Position numbers and translations under genes: made by a program. From the NCBI GenBank assembly GCA_949373075.1, contig CASIBX010000002.1:1019-65018 (forward strand): a stretch of DNA of 64,000 nucleotides, given 5' to 3'. Shown here piece after piece: positions 1 to 10,030 of this stretch. Each line of letters opens with the position of its first letter. Within the stretch, counting starts at the first letter, position 1. This DNA comes from Candidatus Poseidoniaceae archaeon (GTDB lineage: Archaea; Thermoplasmatota; Poseidoniia; Poseidoniales; Poseidoniaceae). The notes under the pieces were generated by a model. That model did not search any database. It was given only the letters and a program-made list of their open reading frames with translations, and had not been told where the DNA came from.

Positions 1-639
1 AAGATTGGGCCTGACGCCATGCTGGGGCATTCTTACTTGTTTGTCACTGAAGACGAAGTCGAAACTCTTACCGACGAGGAGGCGGTTTCTGAGATACTAA
101 AACTATCGATTCTCCCTCAGATTGCCGATATACTGACAAGCATGAATAAAACAAATATCGGGATAGTGAATGAAATTAACTCAAAATTAGATCCTTTATC
201 TGACATTGGAGCATCTTCTCACATCTTGAAGGAGCCAGTTGTCAAGAAAAATTCTCTCGATATTGCTGTAACTGTGATTGAAGCTGTGTATTGGGATGCT
301 CCGCTTTTCCAGTATTCTGAAGCACACATTCAACATTTGGGTAATGGAAGAGTGAAGGCTATTGCAGGTTCGAAATTAAAAGAACAAACATCTGAGGCTA
401 GAGCGGGAGATATTAACACAATAGACAAACTTATTGCAGAAAATGTAATTGTTGTATCTGATGACGGAACTAGGGAGTTTGTCAAAGATTTTGAATTTAA
501 TTCAGCAAGCCAAATCGGCAGGATAATTAATGGAAGAGAAAGTCATGAAGGTCCAAGCAAATGGAAAAACGATAGTGGTGAGAGTTTGAGAGATTATTAC
601 CCAGACGTTACAGAACTTCAAAAGAAAGAAAAGTTGTGA
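1..639 (+). CDS. mcrB: McrB-like AAA+ GTPase, C-terminal part (5'-truncated by the window), ending in a DUF4357/RAMA-like domain
   Basis: Frame is open from base 1 (KIGPDAM...). LGHSYLF matches the McrB-family 'GHSYF' motif. The tail FVKDFEFNSASQIGRIINGR..GPSKWKNDSGESL resembles DUF4357. Directly upstream of an McrC-like gene. Confidence 0.7.
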   Translation, partial: KIGPDAMLGHSYLFVTEDEVETLTDEEAVSEILKLSILPQIADILTSMNKTNIGIVNEINSKLDPLSDIGASSHILKEPVVKKNSLDIAVTVIEAVYWDAPLFQYSEAHIQHLGNGRVKAIAGSKLKEQTSEARAGDINTIDKLIAENVIVVSDDGTREFVKDFEFNSASQIGRIINGRESHEGPSKWKNDSGESLRDYYPDVTELQKKEKL

Positions 640-640
640 A

Positions 641-2116
641 GTGAAACTGATGCCAGAGGTTGAACCCAATCATGATTTCTTAGGTTTAATGGGTATTGAA
701 TTCGAAGAAGGCTTACGGTTGTACGCAATCACACCTAGGTTTTGGTATAAGCGATTTAGCAATGAAGTGCAACACATTGACGATGTTTCGGTAAGAATTC
801 TTCGTCAGAAAGAAAAAGTCGATCTCGGGAACGATGACTTTGCAATGAATGAATGGCAGGAGGTTAAGAAAAATATTCAGCGTATAAAAACTAGTTATGA
901 TGAAAATGATCTATTGGAAGATGTTTTCCTATTGGAAAAAGGGGAGAAGGAACCAACAAAAGTAGTTGAACTAGATTTTACATCTGAAGATGTGCTGATT
1001 AGTCTGTTTAATCTATGCGATTTTTACAGAAAAAATCAGGAACAAGAAGTGCTGGTAGATAGCGAACTCGGATTAAATTCTCTCCCACTTTTCCAGTACG
1101 AGAAATTTGTTGAGAGATTGGAAGAAACGACTAGAGAACTACGCAGAACTTACCGTTCCGTCATCGAACCAGTTGGTGCAGTTAGAGGAAGAATAACCAC
1201 TCGTGGAATGATGATGATGGTGGCTCAACCATCTCCGAGAATTGAATGTGAATTTGAAACATTCGACATTCAAGCACCTCTATACAGAGTAATGATGACA
1301 ACACTAGATGTAATCCGTACGTACCATCTCCCAAAAAGCTTCAAATTCTTGGATGAACGTTTCCAAGGAATTTGCAGAAGAGGGGCAAATTTACGCACTA
1401 AACTGATAGAAATACCTTCTTTTCCACTCTCATCAGCCCTTCGTGAATGTGCAAAACTTCGTCGTCGCTTACCTCGAATGTTCAAACATTTTGAAGAAAT
1501 TATTCCATTAGCTGAGCAAATTCTTAGAAACGAGTCTGAAAAACAAAAAGAACAAGAAAATGAGAAAGATAGTTCATGGTGGCACATCACAGCTCCGAGT
1601 TCAAAATTATGGGAGTTGTTGTTGGAAAAAAGCATGAAAGATAATTCAAATTACCATGTTGAACCCCAAGAACCTCTATCGGGGCCTTGGGAAGGTTCTG
1701 GAACAAAAAACATTGATTTGCGTATCAGCTCAACATCTAAAAGCGATAACGAAGTTATTTTGGTTGATGCAAAGTATGCCATAAAGAAAGATCCACCAAG
1801 CTCATCTTATCAATATCAACAATTCTTTTATGCAGCTGCGTGGGCTGCAGAAGGATTGACACCGTCTGCCGTAGCTCTGGCCCATCCTGCTTCAAATGTC
1901 GAAGAGGAAGAAGCCAAACCAACATCTCATAATCTGGAAGAATATATTGTTGATTTTTTCAATGGTAGCCAAATTCCATTCAAACTTTGGACAATAAGAT
2001 TTCCACAACCTAGTGACCTAAAGAGTTCTGACTTGAGAGCGTACCTATCATCAACAAATACAAGGTTAGTCGAAATGATATCAGAATCTGTATCTGATAA
2101 AAAGCATATCCTTTGA
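641..2116 (+). CDS. mcrC: McrC-like PD-(D/E)xK restriction endonuclease subunit
   Basis: 'VRGRI', 'KLWELLL', 'IDL...VILVDAKY...YQYQQFFYA' pattern of the McrC family; 1 nt after the mcrB-like gene. Confidence 0.75.
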   Translation: MKLMPEVEPNHDFLGLMGIEFEEGLRLYAITPRFWYKRFSNEVQHIDDVSVRILRQKEKVDLGNDDFAMNEWQEVKKNIQRIKTSYDENDLLEDVFLLEKGEKEPTKVVELDFTSEDVLISLFNLCDFYRKNQEQEVLVDSELGLNSLPLFQYEKFVERLEETTRELRRTYRSVIEPVGAVRGRITTRGMMMMVAQPSPRIECEFETFDIQAPLYRVMMTTLDVIRTYHLPKSFKFLDERFQGICRRGANLRTKLIEIPSFPLSSALRECAKLRRRLPRMFKHFEEIIPLAEQILRNESEKQKEQENEKDSSWWHITAPSSKLWELLLEKSMKDNSNYHVEPQEPLSGPWEGSGTKNIDLRISSTSKSDNEVILVDAKYAIKKDPPSSSYQYQQFFYAAAWAAEGLTPSAVALAHPASNVEEEEAKPTSHNLEEYIVDFFNGSQIPFKLWTIRFPQPSDLKSSDLRAYLSSTNTRLVEMISESVSDKKHIL

Positions 2117-2117
2117 A

Positions 2118-2477
2118 TTAGTATTCTGAGTATTTCTTTGAGTTACCAAACGACTTCTCAACAGGGTATTTCTCAGCATTATGTTTCAACTTCTGATCAA
2201 TTATTTGAATTGGATCAAGTTCTAATTTCGAACATAAATTCAGACAGTACACCATCACATCAGCCAACTCATGACTAATGCTTTGCACCAACTTTTCATC
2301 TTGTAAGACTTCGTCCTTGGTTGGATTAGTCCACTGAACAGTCTCACTCAATTCAGCAGCTTCAATGGAAATAGAAGCGACCAAGTTCTTCACTGTGTGA
2401 AACTGTTCCCAGTCTCTCTTTGAAACGAAATTATCAATCTCAGCAATCGTGTAGTCTAACGAATCAGTTGAGGACAT
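2118..2477 (-). CDS. MazG-like nucleotide pyrophosphohydrolase (dCTP pyrophosphatase type)
   Basis: RDWEQFHTVKNL..SISIEAAEL...ELADV...KLKHNAEKYP motifs. Confidence 0.9.
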   Translation of the reverse strand: MSSTDSLDYTIAEIDNFVSKRDWEQFHTVKNLVASISIEAAELSETVQWTNPTKDEVLQDEKLVQSISHELADVMVYCLNLCSKLELDPIQIIDQKLKHNAEKYPVEKSFGNSKKYSEY

Positions 2478-2514
2478 AGTCCTGACTCAGGGGCGTTCCC
2501 TAAAGTATTTTCAA

Positions 2515-2937
2515 TCAGTATTGTTCGAGTACAAGTTCAGTAGTTGTGCTTGCAATCTCACTAGGTGCTGCCATCCACATTCTGTCTAGAAGTGTGCGCA
2601 GAGCCATTGTGTCATCAACGTGAACAAGAGCGATTAGGTCAGCATCTCCTGAAACTTCGTAAAGAATTTCAACGCCTTCCCAGCCAGTTACTTCACCAGC
2701 AAAGGTTCCGATTTCAGCACCAGGTGAAACCTTGATTCGAATAAGGGCAGTTAGCCCAACTCCACCTTCACGAACAGTGTATCCGCGAATAGTTCCGATC
2801 TCTTCCATACGCCTTACGTGTGTGCGCACTGTACGCTCACTTGCACCTACTAACTTAGCAAGTTCAACAAAAGACATACGTCCATTCTTTCTCAATTCCG
2901 CTAGGATTGCACGGTCGATTTCTGCGATTCGGGCCAT
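2515..2937 (-). CDS. Lrp/AsnC family transcriptional regulator
   Basis: IDRAILAELRKNGRMSFVELAKLVGASERTVRTHVRRMEEIGTIRGY HTH plus C-terminal RAM domain. Start moved to ATG 2937. Confidence 0.92.
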   Translation of the reverse strand: MARIAEIDRAILAELRKNGRMSFVELAKLVGASERTVRTHVRRMEEIGTIRGYTVREGGVGLTALIRIKVSPGAEIGTFAGEVTGWEGVEILYEVSGDADLIALVHVDDTMALRTLLDRMWMAAPSEIASTTTELVLEQY

Positions 2938-3153
2938 GTTAAGCGGTCCCGCTATATGTATATGAAACTGTTTAATTCTTATTATAAGCGGAAAGAAAAA
3001 AACGATATTTGTATTTAATCGGAAAAATCTTTCCAGTAGTGGGATTTGGTAAAATAGTCTAATTAATGTCAATTAGTTATCATATTATGAACCTTTTTGC
3101 ATCATAAAAAGAAAACCATCCCCTTAAAAGAACCCAGTGTGTCAGATAACACG

Positions 3154-3594
3154 ATGAACACTGCTGGAACAGTTTCACATGCAGAAGTACAAGCCTTCTT
3201 CGACGAGGTATTGTCATTGAAATTATCTGACAAACACAATGAGTGGTATCAGGTAGATGTGGCGGCGGTTTTGGACGGTTGCGATATTCAAGGTCATGAA
3301 GTAGACCAAGCATCTGGCGATTCTCTGATTTTCCTAAAATCTTCTCTATTGTTTTGCTCACCAGAATTAGGTGTAATGCGACATTACCCTCGTAGCCTAA
3401 TCCACTGCTTTGTTGAAGATAAGAGGTCAAAAAAGGATGAGGAAGATGAAGAGTTACTATTCAGGGGAGAGTTATTCTCGGTAACCCCTGAATCTGAACA
3501 ATTATGTTGGGTGCGGGATTGTACTTTAGATTATGAAATCCCTTCGACCCAATCAATCATTGCAAGTTGGATGAAGTGGCTCAATCAAGCCTGA
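3154..3594 (+). CDS. hypothetical protein
   Basis: Acidic ORF divergent from the Lrp gene; start uncertain (3097 or 3154); no recognised motif. Confidence 0.6.
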   Translation: MNTAGTVSHAEVQAFFDEVLSLKLSDKHNEWYQVDVAAVLDGCDIQGHEVDQASGDSLIFLKSSLLFCSPELGVMRHYPRSLIHCFVEDKRSKKDEEDEELLFRGELFSVTPESEQLCWVRDCTLDYEIPSTQSIIASWMKWLNQA

Positions 3595-3650
3595 TTCTTT
3601 CCGTTTGTTTCAAGGGTGGGCCACGACTCGCCTAGTTTAGAGGCACCTCA

Positions 3651-4901
3651 ATGTCTGACATCATATCTGGTCTCGATGCAAGAATGGTTCTTGATAGCCG
3701 TGGAAATCCAACCGTGGAAGTAGATTGCTACGTTGATGGTGGATTACTTGGCCGTGCTATGGTTCCCAGCGGAGCTTCAACAGGCGCCTATGAAGCGGTT
3801 GAATTACGCGATGGTGATGCCTCTCGCTGGCTTGGTAGAGGCGTTGATGATGCAGTGAACAATGTGGTGGAGTCAATCCAGGAAGCGCTTGTTGGAATGC
3901 CAGTGGATGACCAGAAAGCAATCGATGAAATCATGATCGAGTTGGATGGAACTCCGAACAAAGCCAATCTTGGTGCTAATGCAATGCTTGGAGTATCGAT
4001 GGCTTGCCTACACGCAGGAGCCGCTTTGCATGAACTTCCTCTTTGGAGATACGTTGGCGGAGTTGCTGGCGGATTGATGCCTGTCCCAATGCTCAACATC
4101 CTCAACGGTGGCGCTCATGCTGCATCGAATGTTGACATCCAAGAATTCATGGTCATGCCTCATGGGTTTGATACATTCCCTGAAGCACTACGCGCAGGTG
4201 TAGAGTGTTATCATGCTCTGAAGAAGGAACTCAAGGCTGATGGTTTGCTTGGTGGAGTTGGCGATGAAGGTGGGTTTGCACCAAACCTTCCAGCCAATGA
4301 AGCGGGACTTGGATACATGGTTCGTGCAATTGAAGGCGCAGGATACAGTACTGAAGAAATTGGGATCGCCCTCGATGTAGCATCTACTGAATTTTACAAG
4401 GATGATGCTTACCATATGGATGGCAAAGCAATCTCTGGGGAAGAGTTGTCAGATATTTACGCTGGGTGGGTTGATGAATATCCACTACTTTCAATCGAAG
4501 ATGGGTTTGCAGAAGATGATTGGCGAAGCTGGTCTCATTGTATGAGAGATATTGGCGACAGGGTGCAATTGGTTGGAGATGACCTATTCGTTACTCAGAC
4601 TGAACGTCTGTCGATGGGAATTGAATCTAAGGCTGCAAATGCAATCTTGGTCAAAGTCAATCAGGTAGGGACAATAACTGAAACATTGGAGACAATGGAC
4701 TTAGCCTCCGCCCATGGGATGAACTCCGTAGTCAGTCATCGCTCAGGCGAGACCGAAGATACGACAATTGCAGATTTAGCGGTTGGAACTCGTGCTGGCC
4801 AAATCAAGACCGGCGCACCGGCTCGTTCAGACCGCGTTGCCAAGTACAATCAATTACTAAGAATCAGTAATGAAGTAAGCGAATATCGCTCACCATTCTG
4901 A
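3651..4901 (+). CDS. eno: enolase (phosphopyruvate hydratase)
   Basis: [58 protein letters not shown]. Confidence 0.98.
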   Translation: MSDIISGLDARMVLDSRGNPTVEVDCYVDGGLLGRAMVPSGASTGAYEAVELRDGDASRWLGRGVDDAVNNVVESIQEALVGMPVDDQKAIDEIMIELDGTPNKANLGANAMLGVSMACLHAGAALHELPLWRYVGGVAGGLMPVPMLNILNGGAHAASNVDIQEFMVMPHGFDTFPEALRAGVECYHALKKELKADGLLGGVGDEGGFAPNLPANEAGLGYMVRAIEGAGYSTEEIGIALDVASTEFYKDDAYHMDGKAISGEELSDIYAGWVDEYPLLSIEDGFAEDDWRSWSHCMRDIGDRVQLVGDDLFVTQTERLSMGIESKAANAILVKVNQVGTITETLETMDLASAHGMNSVVSHRSGETEDTTIADLAVGTRAGQIKTGAPARSDRVAKYNQLLRISNEVSEYRSPF

Positions 4902-4910
4902 GGTGATTAA

Positions 4911-5927
4911 ATGAAGGTTAGACGGGAATTAATCCCGGTTGTAATTGCCCTTTTGTTTCTGCTAATCGCTAGACAAATCTATCCTTATGCGGGCGTCATG
5001 GAAGCTAAAGTTGCAGATGGATATAGCCAAGAAACCATTGCAACCGGCTTAGGAGGCCCGACTTGCTTAGTATTCGACGAAGAAGTATTGTTGGTCTGTG
5101 ACCGAGATGGAGGTCGAATAATAACGGTGGAAGGAGAGGTTATTCTATCTGGTTTAGATCACCCTCATGGAATGTTATTGTTGGATGATGCAGTTATTAT
5201 TTCAGAAGAAGGAAAACTAACTCGCTATGATTCCAACTTTGAAAATCCAGAAGTTTTGGTCCAGGGAATACCTTCGGGTAACCACCAAACTAATGCAGTT
5301 AATTTGCTACCAAATGGAACTTTGATCTGGCATAGTGGAAGCACCTGCAACCACTGCAATGAAGACGATTCTCGTAACGCAGCACTTCTTTGGGTAAACG
5401 CAACAACCGGCGAGCACGGGATTCTAGCAACAGGTGTAAGGAATTCATTTGATGGAGTATGGGTTGACGAAATCGGCTACCTATTCACCGATAATGGTCA
5501 AGATGCAGAGGGTAATGATTTTCCAAATGAAGAAGTAAATCTCTTGGTTGATGGTGCAGATTATGGCTGGTTAGTCGAGTCAAAAAGCGACCCTAATCCA
5601 GATGGCACCGAAGCACCAGTTGCAACTTGGACTCCCCATACCTCGGTAAATGGAATGACTACTCGCCCAGCAAATATGCCAGGTGATAATTACACAGTTT
5701 ATGCTACGGTGTATGGTTCATGGGCTACTATTTTACCAGCTGGACATCAGATTCTCAAAATCGACTTTACCCAAACCGATGATGGCTGGGTAGGCGATGT
5801 TGAACTCTTCGCTGAAGACGTCGGAACGCCTTTGCCAATTACGGGAGGGCCTGACGGCAACCTGTATTATGCAACATTCGACCACGGCGGTTCAATTCAC
5901 GTAATTAGCCCTGAAGCCAATTCTTGA
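4911..5927 (+). CDS. membrane-anchored PQQ-dependent sugar/sorbosone dehydrogenase family beta-propeller
   Basis: N-terminal TM; GLDHPHG, GSTCN.C.E, ATGVRNSF, TDNG.D, EEVN...DYGW motifs; GAGGTG RBS. Confidence 0.8.
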   Translation: MKVRRELIPVVIALLFLLIARQIYPYAGVMEAKVADGYSQETIATGLGGPTCLVFDEEVLLVCDRDGGRIITVEGEVILSGLDHPHGMLLLDDAVIISEEGKLTRYDSNFENPEVLVQGIPSGNHQTNAVNLLPNGTLIWHSGSTCNHCNEDDSRNAALLWVNATTGEHGILATGVRNSFDGVWVDEIGYLFTDNGQDAEGNDFPNEEVNLLVDGADYGWLVESKSDPNPDGTEAPVATWTPHTSVNGMTTRPANMPGDNYTVYATVYGSWATILPAGHQILKIDFTQTDDGWVGDVELFAEDVGTPLPITGGPDGNLYYATFDHGGSIHVISPEANS

Positions 5928-7038
5928 GGCGCTTACATCCTTCACGGATTTGGTCAAGACTTGTTCCATAACTCAGTCGAACCAGGCCTTCGCCACCAGG
6001 CATTAATGACCCCGGGACAACTTGAACTTGTGCCTCTTCCAATGCTCTTGTTGCGAATTCAATGTCATCCATGCCAGTTCCTGTAATATCGGCTAAGATG
6101 TAGAATGCACCTTCTGGCTTTGGCGCATTGATTCCGGGAATTTCTTCTATTAACGAATGAAAGACCCTTCTTCTTTCAGTAAAAGCCTCAAGGAATTCTT
6201 GGGGCTCTTTTTCTAATCCAAGAGCAACCGCTCCTGACCCCATCAAGAAAGTAGGAACGTGGCTAGCAGAACTGGCTTGACATGTTTTCACGCCTTCCAT
6301 TACCTGTGAAGGGCCAGTTATCCAGCCCATTCTCCAGCCGGTCATAGCCCATATTTTCGACCATCCCCCAATCGTTAGAGTTCTCTCTTTCCCATCTTCA
6401 AATGTAGCGGGTGAAGTATAGAGGTGGTCTGAATAAACAAGATCAGAATAAATCATGTCATCAAAAATCCACAAATCATTTTCTGCAGCTATTGCAGTCA
6501 ACTCTTCAACTTCGCTAGACAGGTAAACTGCACCGGTTGGGTTGTTTGGAGAATTGATAATTATCGCTTTGGTCTTGGAGGTAATAGCAGCACGAGTAGC
6601 ATCCATATCAGGGTGATAATTTTCTCTTTTAACAGGGACGTGGATTGGCACAGCTCCAATCAATTTCAACATTCCATCATAAGATGGCCATGCTGGTGCA
6701 AATAGAATTACTTCATCTCCAGGGTTCAGGCAAGTCATCATTGCGTAAAGCAGGGATTGTTTACAACCAGGGGATATCAACACATCGTTTGGGTCGGCTT
6801 TTATTCCATATTTAGTAAGGTAATTAGCAACCGAGTTACAAACTTCCTCTGTACCTTGGCTACGAGTGTATCCGTGTTCTCCTGCATCTAAGGCGTTCTT
6901 AGCCGAATCAACAACGGCCTCAGGAGTTCTGAAATTGGGTTGACCGACAGAAAATCGAACTACTCCTTCTGGAGGTGGAGACAGGAATGCAGCAAAACCA
7001 CGACCAACATTTCCAATGTTTGAATTTATTGATGGCAC
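5905..7038 (-). CDS. PLP-dependent aminotransferase class I/II (aspartate aminotransferase-like)
   Basis: GQPNFRTP, INSPNNPTG, DDMIY, GWSKIWAMTGWRMG, PEGAFY. Confidence 0.93.
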   Translation of the reverse strand: MPSINSNIGNVGRGFAAFLSPPPEGVVRFSVGQPNFRTPEAVVDSAKNALDAGEHGYTRSQGTEEVCNSVANYLTKYGIKADPNDVLISPGCKQSLLYAMMTCLNPGDEVILFAPAWPSYDGMLKLIGAVPIHVPVKRENYHPDMDATRAAITSKTKAIIINSPNNPTGAVYLSSEVEELTAIAAENDLWIFDDMIYSDLVYSDHLYTSPATFEDGKERTLTIGGWSKIWAMTGWRMGWITGPSQVMEGVKTCQASSASHVPTFLMGSGAVALGLEKEPQEFLEAFTERRRVFHSLIEEIPGINAPKPEGAFYILADITGTGMDDIEFATRALEEAQVQVVPGSLMPGGEGLVRLSYGTSLDQIREGCKRLKNWLQG

Positions 7039-7103
7039 GATATTGGCTCCTTGGGTTGTACACGCCTATTGGGCATGCGCTATGAATAATACTACTATTC
7101 TGA

Positions 7104-8135
7104 CTACAAATCATCAAAGAAATCATCTTCTAGGTCGTCTTCGAAATCGTCTTCTTCAAACTCATCATCGAAGTCGTCTCCGAAGTCATCATCTTCCTCC
7201 GACATTTCAAAAATATCATTAGAAGTTTTTCTTCTTACTAATACAACAACCACTGCGGCAACTACCATTGTACCAATAATGGCTCCAATAATCATGACAG
7301 TATTTCCGGATAAAGAATCTGAAAAATTTCCAGAATCATCTTCAGAAAGAGAGATAATGGCTGATGCGTATTGAGTATTGCACATTCCTTCATACCTACA
7401 CGAGAATTCACTGGTTGCATAAAACCCAATGTAAAAAGAATCTACTTTTCCAACTTTATCAGGTGTAGTTATTTCGAAAATAATACTTTCAATTTGGCCC
7501 CCATTTGATCTTGGTTCAATTTGTATTCTGAAACCACTAGCAGTCCCAATAAAACCTTCATCTTCCATTATTTTACTATCATCCAAACCAATACTAAAAA
7601 AATCAATTTGGTTACCTAAATTTTCTACAAGAACTTCAACTTCAAAACTACTTCCTGCATTAACATCAATGACGCTTTCACTACTAATTATTGATAAATC
7701 ACTATATTGCATAATATATAGTATTCCTGTAAGCTTAGAAGATGCGTTATTCGGTGGCGGTACACCATTTGCAGAAACTACCACCGCTTCAACACTCCAA
7801 GATCTGGATTGCATCAACATGCCAATTTCGGCTTTAAATGAAAGCTGAATCTCTACTTCTCCACCGGGCCCAATGTTCACTTTACTAGAGCCAGTGTTTG
7901 GCAAACCATCACTTAATACTGTTATTTCTACCTCTTCTTGGTAAAGTGTCGGATTTGAAACTATACAGTTTGAATACCCGAATGTATTTGCTCCAGGGTG
8001 GACTTTGATTTGAACGGAAGTAGTTTCACAAACTATGTCTACCTCAGGTACAGTACTTTGCGCTTCAACACTATACGCAAAAGCAGTCAAAACGAAAAGA
8101 CTTGCACATAATATCGTAGAAAACCACTCCGACAT
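7104..8135 (-). CDS. membrane-anchored surface protein with Ig-like domains (choice-of-anchor T-like) and highly acidic tail
   Basis: Signal peptide, beta-rich body, C-terminal TM (VMIIGAIIGTMVVAAVVVVLVRRK), tail DDDFGDDFDDEFEEDDF. Confidence 0.65.
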   Translation of the reverse strand: MSEWFSTILCASLFVLTAFAYSVEAQSTVPEVDIVCETTSVQIKVHPGANTFGYSNCIVSNPTLYQEEVEITVLSDGLPNTGSSKVNIGPGGEVEIQLSFKAEIGMLMQSRSWSVEAVVVSANGVPPPNNASSKLTGILYIMQYSDLSIISSESVIDVNAGSSFEVEVLVENLGNQIDFFSIGLDDSKIMEDEGFIGTASGFRIQIEPRSNGGQIESIIFEITTPDKVGKVDSFYIGFYATSEFSCRYEGMCNTQYASAIISLSEDDSGNFSDSLSGNTVMIIGAIIGTMVVAAVVVVLVRRKTSNDIFEMSEEDDDFGDDFDDEFEEDDFEDDLEDDFFDDL

Positions 8136-8180
8136 GTATTCAAGTCATCACTCATCAGTAATCATCTTGTTCCCGGCATT

Positions 8181-9005
8181 TCATGAAAATAAGATGCCCC
8201 AAGAGCCATTTTCCCAACAATGGCATTCTTTGACTCCACCAGCATTTGGCGAAGTCATTGCGAACATAATTTTCTCATAACCTACATGGGGGATTGGTTT
8301 TGTCTCAACCCAGTGTAAGCCATTCTCTTCTCTGATCGATAAAATATTCCACGTGGTATTATCATCATCAGGAAAACTGGCAAGTCCAACCTGCTGGATA
8401 TTTCTACGAATATCTCTTTCAAAATCCGAGTCTACAATGCTTCCAGCCACTGTAGCCGCTGAATCTACCGATTTAGGCGGGTTTTGGCCAAACGGGTCGA
8501 AAACCATCCTATCCCGTTTCCCAGTGCTAAAATGTGGTGTCCATCTTCCATCATCCCACGCATGCCCCTCGATTAGGTCATCATAAGTGGCCCCTGATAG
8601 TACAAACCTTGCTCTTGAATCCAAATGCGAGACCTGAGTGTTCTTTGAGGACGCGACAATCCAATACAATCCATCTATTTCTTCAACAGACTCCAATGTC
8701 CATTTTGCCCACTTCCCATCAACGGGCCTTCCGGTTTTACCACAGGTTGCTTCACGGTAGCAATTTTCTCCAATATTTTGGATATTTTGTCTTAACTGTT
8801 CTTCAATCGACGATATATTGCTGAAATAATTTCCAACTTCGATTTCTGAATTTGCTGAGAAATAACCACTTTCGGGTTCCGCCGGAGCGGCAGGGGTAGA
8901 GGGCGGAGGCGGGGGCATTACAGGAGGGGAAGTCGGTGGGGCAGGAATCCATTCCGTACCGGTCCACAACCACTTACCATCTGGGCTAATAGTTCCCTTT
9001 GACAT
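8181..9005 (-). CDS. hypothetical protein with N-terminal Trp motif, Pro-rich linker and duplicated domain
   Basis: SPDGKWLWTGTEWIPAPP, then poly-Pro, then two related segments (EEQLRQNIQNIG..WTLESVEEIDGLYWI / ERDIRRNIQQVG..WNILSIREENGLHWV). Confidence 0.75.
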   Translation of the reverse strand: MSKGTISPDGKWLWTGTEWIPAPPTSPPVMPPPPPSTPAAPAEPESGYFSANSEIEVGNYFSNISSIEEQLRQNIQNIGENCYREATCGKTGRPVDGKWAKWTLESVEEIDGLYWIVASSKNTQVSHLDSRARFVLSGATYDDLIEGHAWDDGRWTPHFSTGKRDRMVFDPFGQNPPKSVDSAATVAGSIVDSDFERDIRRNIQQVGLASFPDDDNTTWNILSIREENGLHWVETKPIPHVGYEKIMFAMTSPNAGGVKECHCWENGSWGILFS

Positions 9006-9053
9006 AACTTGTAATGAATTGGCACTACTGATTATCTTTTGGATAAAATAAAT

Positions 9054-9127
9054 TGGAGCACGGACTGAGATTTGAACTCAGGTCTCAGGATCTGCAATCC
9101 CGCTCATAGCCGCTCTGACATCCGTGC
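9054..9127 (-). tRNA. tRNA-Cys(GCA), CCA encoded
   Basis: Reverse complement folds as a cloverleaf: acceptor GCACGGA/TCCGTGC, anticodon arm CGGGA-TTGCAGA-TCCTG, T arm CTGAG-TTCAAAT-CTCAG, discriminator U, then CCA. Confidence 0.95.
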
Positions 9128-9226
9128 AGTAAACGGTGGGACCGGCAAGGTGTATTTCAACGCGCCTCAAGTTAAAATGAATAAATTCGGCAAGTAATTT
9201 TTAACCTAAAACCATCAGTGTTGTCT

Positions 9227-10030
9227 ATGGACGAGCCTCAATCTGAAATACCAATTGAAGTCAACGCACCACCTTCCATTGAACTTAATGTAGGAAATAT
9301 TGTGTCTACTCAGCCTACGGCACTAGCTGGCGACACTAACCAATCTTCTCAAAATCTATTCAATCTAGCAGACCCTCAAAACGTTAGTTTCGTTATGGGT
9401 CCAAATGGCCAACTAGTCGCTGTTGCCAAACCTCCATTCGTATGGAAACACTTCTTAATTGGTGGGGGAATACCGTTTGCTCTCTATGGCATACCCTTAC
9501 TGTTAATGCTTATTGCAAGCGGGATTTCTGAAGGGGAATACATCTGGGAAGATGTAGAGCTAGTAGCTGAAGAGAACTCTACGGCTTACACCGGAGAATT
9601 CGCCCTCGAGTCGGATTACAGGCTAGAATGGTGCAGCGTCTATATTGATACAGACGACATGGAGCAATCAACTCGCAGGTATGTATGCGAAGCGGATGGT
9701 GACGACGCAAGCATTTTAGATTCTTACACCGGTGAAGCCGTTGGCTATTGGAATAGTCAGAATAGCACCATCTATCTTGATGCGGGAATCAATCACGGAG
9801 ATGACGGGCTAAACATCCAGTTCGAATCACAAGCAGAAGAAGGCATTTTAATGGAAATCCTGTATGATGCTGAAGAGTTAATGATAATGGGTTGCTGTTT
9901 AGGATTTTTATTGAGCATAGTTTTCATCATCGCAGGGTTTTCCTCAGGCAGACCAGGTATGGGCTGGGGTGGAGTTGCAGCACTAGCCGCAATCCCAGTT
10001 ATCGGAATCTTAGCGGCAGGAATCGCTTGA
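9227..10030 (+). CDS. hypothetical membrane protein (about 3 TM)
   Basis: Hydrophobic segments flank an acidic loop; start ATG 9227 or GTG 9218. Confidence 0.75.
   Translation: MDEPQSEIPIEVNAPPSIELNVGNIVSTQPTALAGDTNQSSQNLFNLADPQNVSFVMGPNGQLVAVAKPPFVWKHFLIGGGIPFALYGIPLLLMLIASGISEGEYIWEDVELVAEENSTAYTGEFALESDYRLEWCSVYIDTDDMEQSTRRYVCEADGDDASILDSYTGEAVGYWNSQNSTIYLDAGINHGDDGLNIQFESQAEEGILMEILYDAEELMIMGCCLGFLLSIVFIIAGFSSGRPGMGWGGVAALAAIPVIGILAAGIA

Noticed and set aside
7040-9127. Integrated element at the 3' end of tRNA-Cys
   Set aside because: AT-rich orphan genes are present, but I found no integrase and no duplicated tRNA 3' end.
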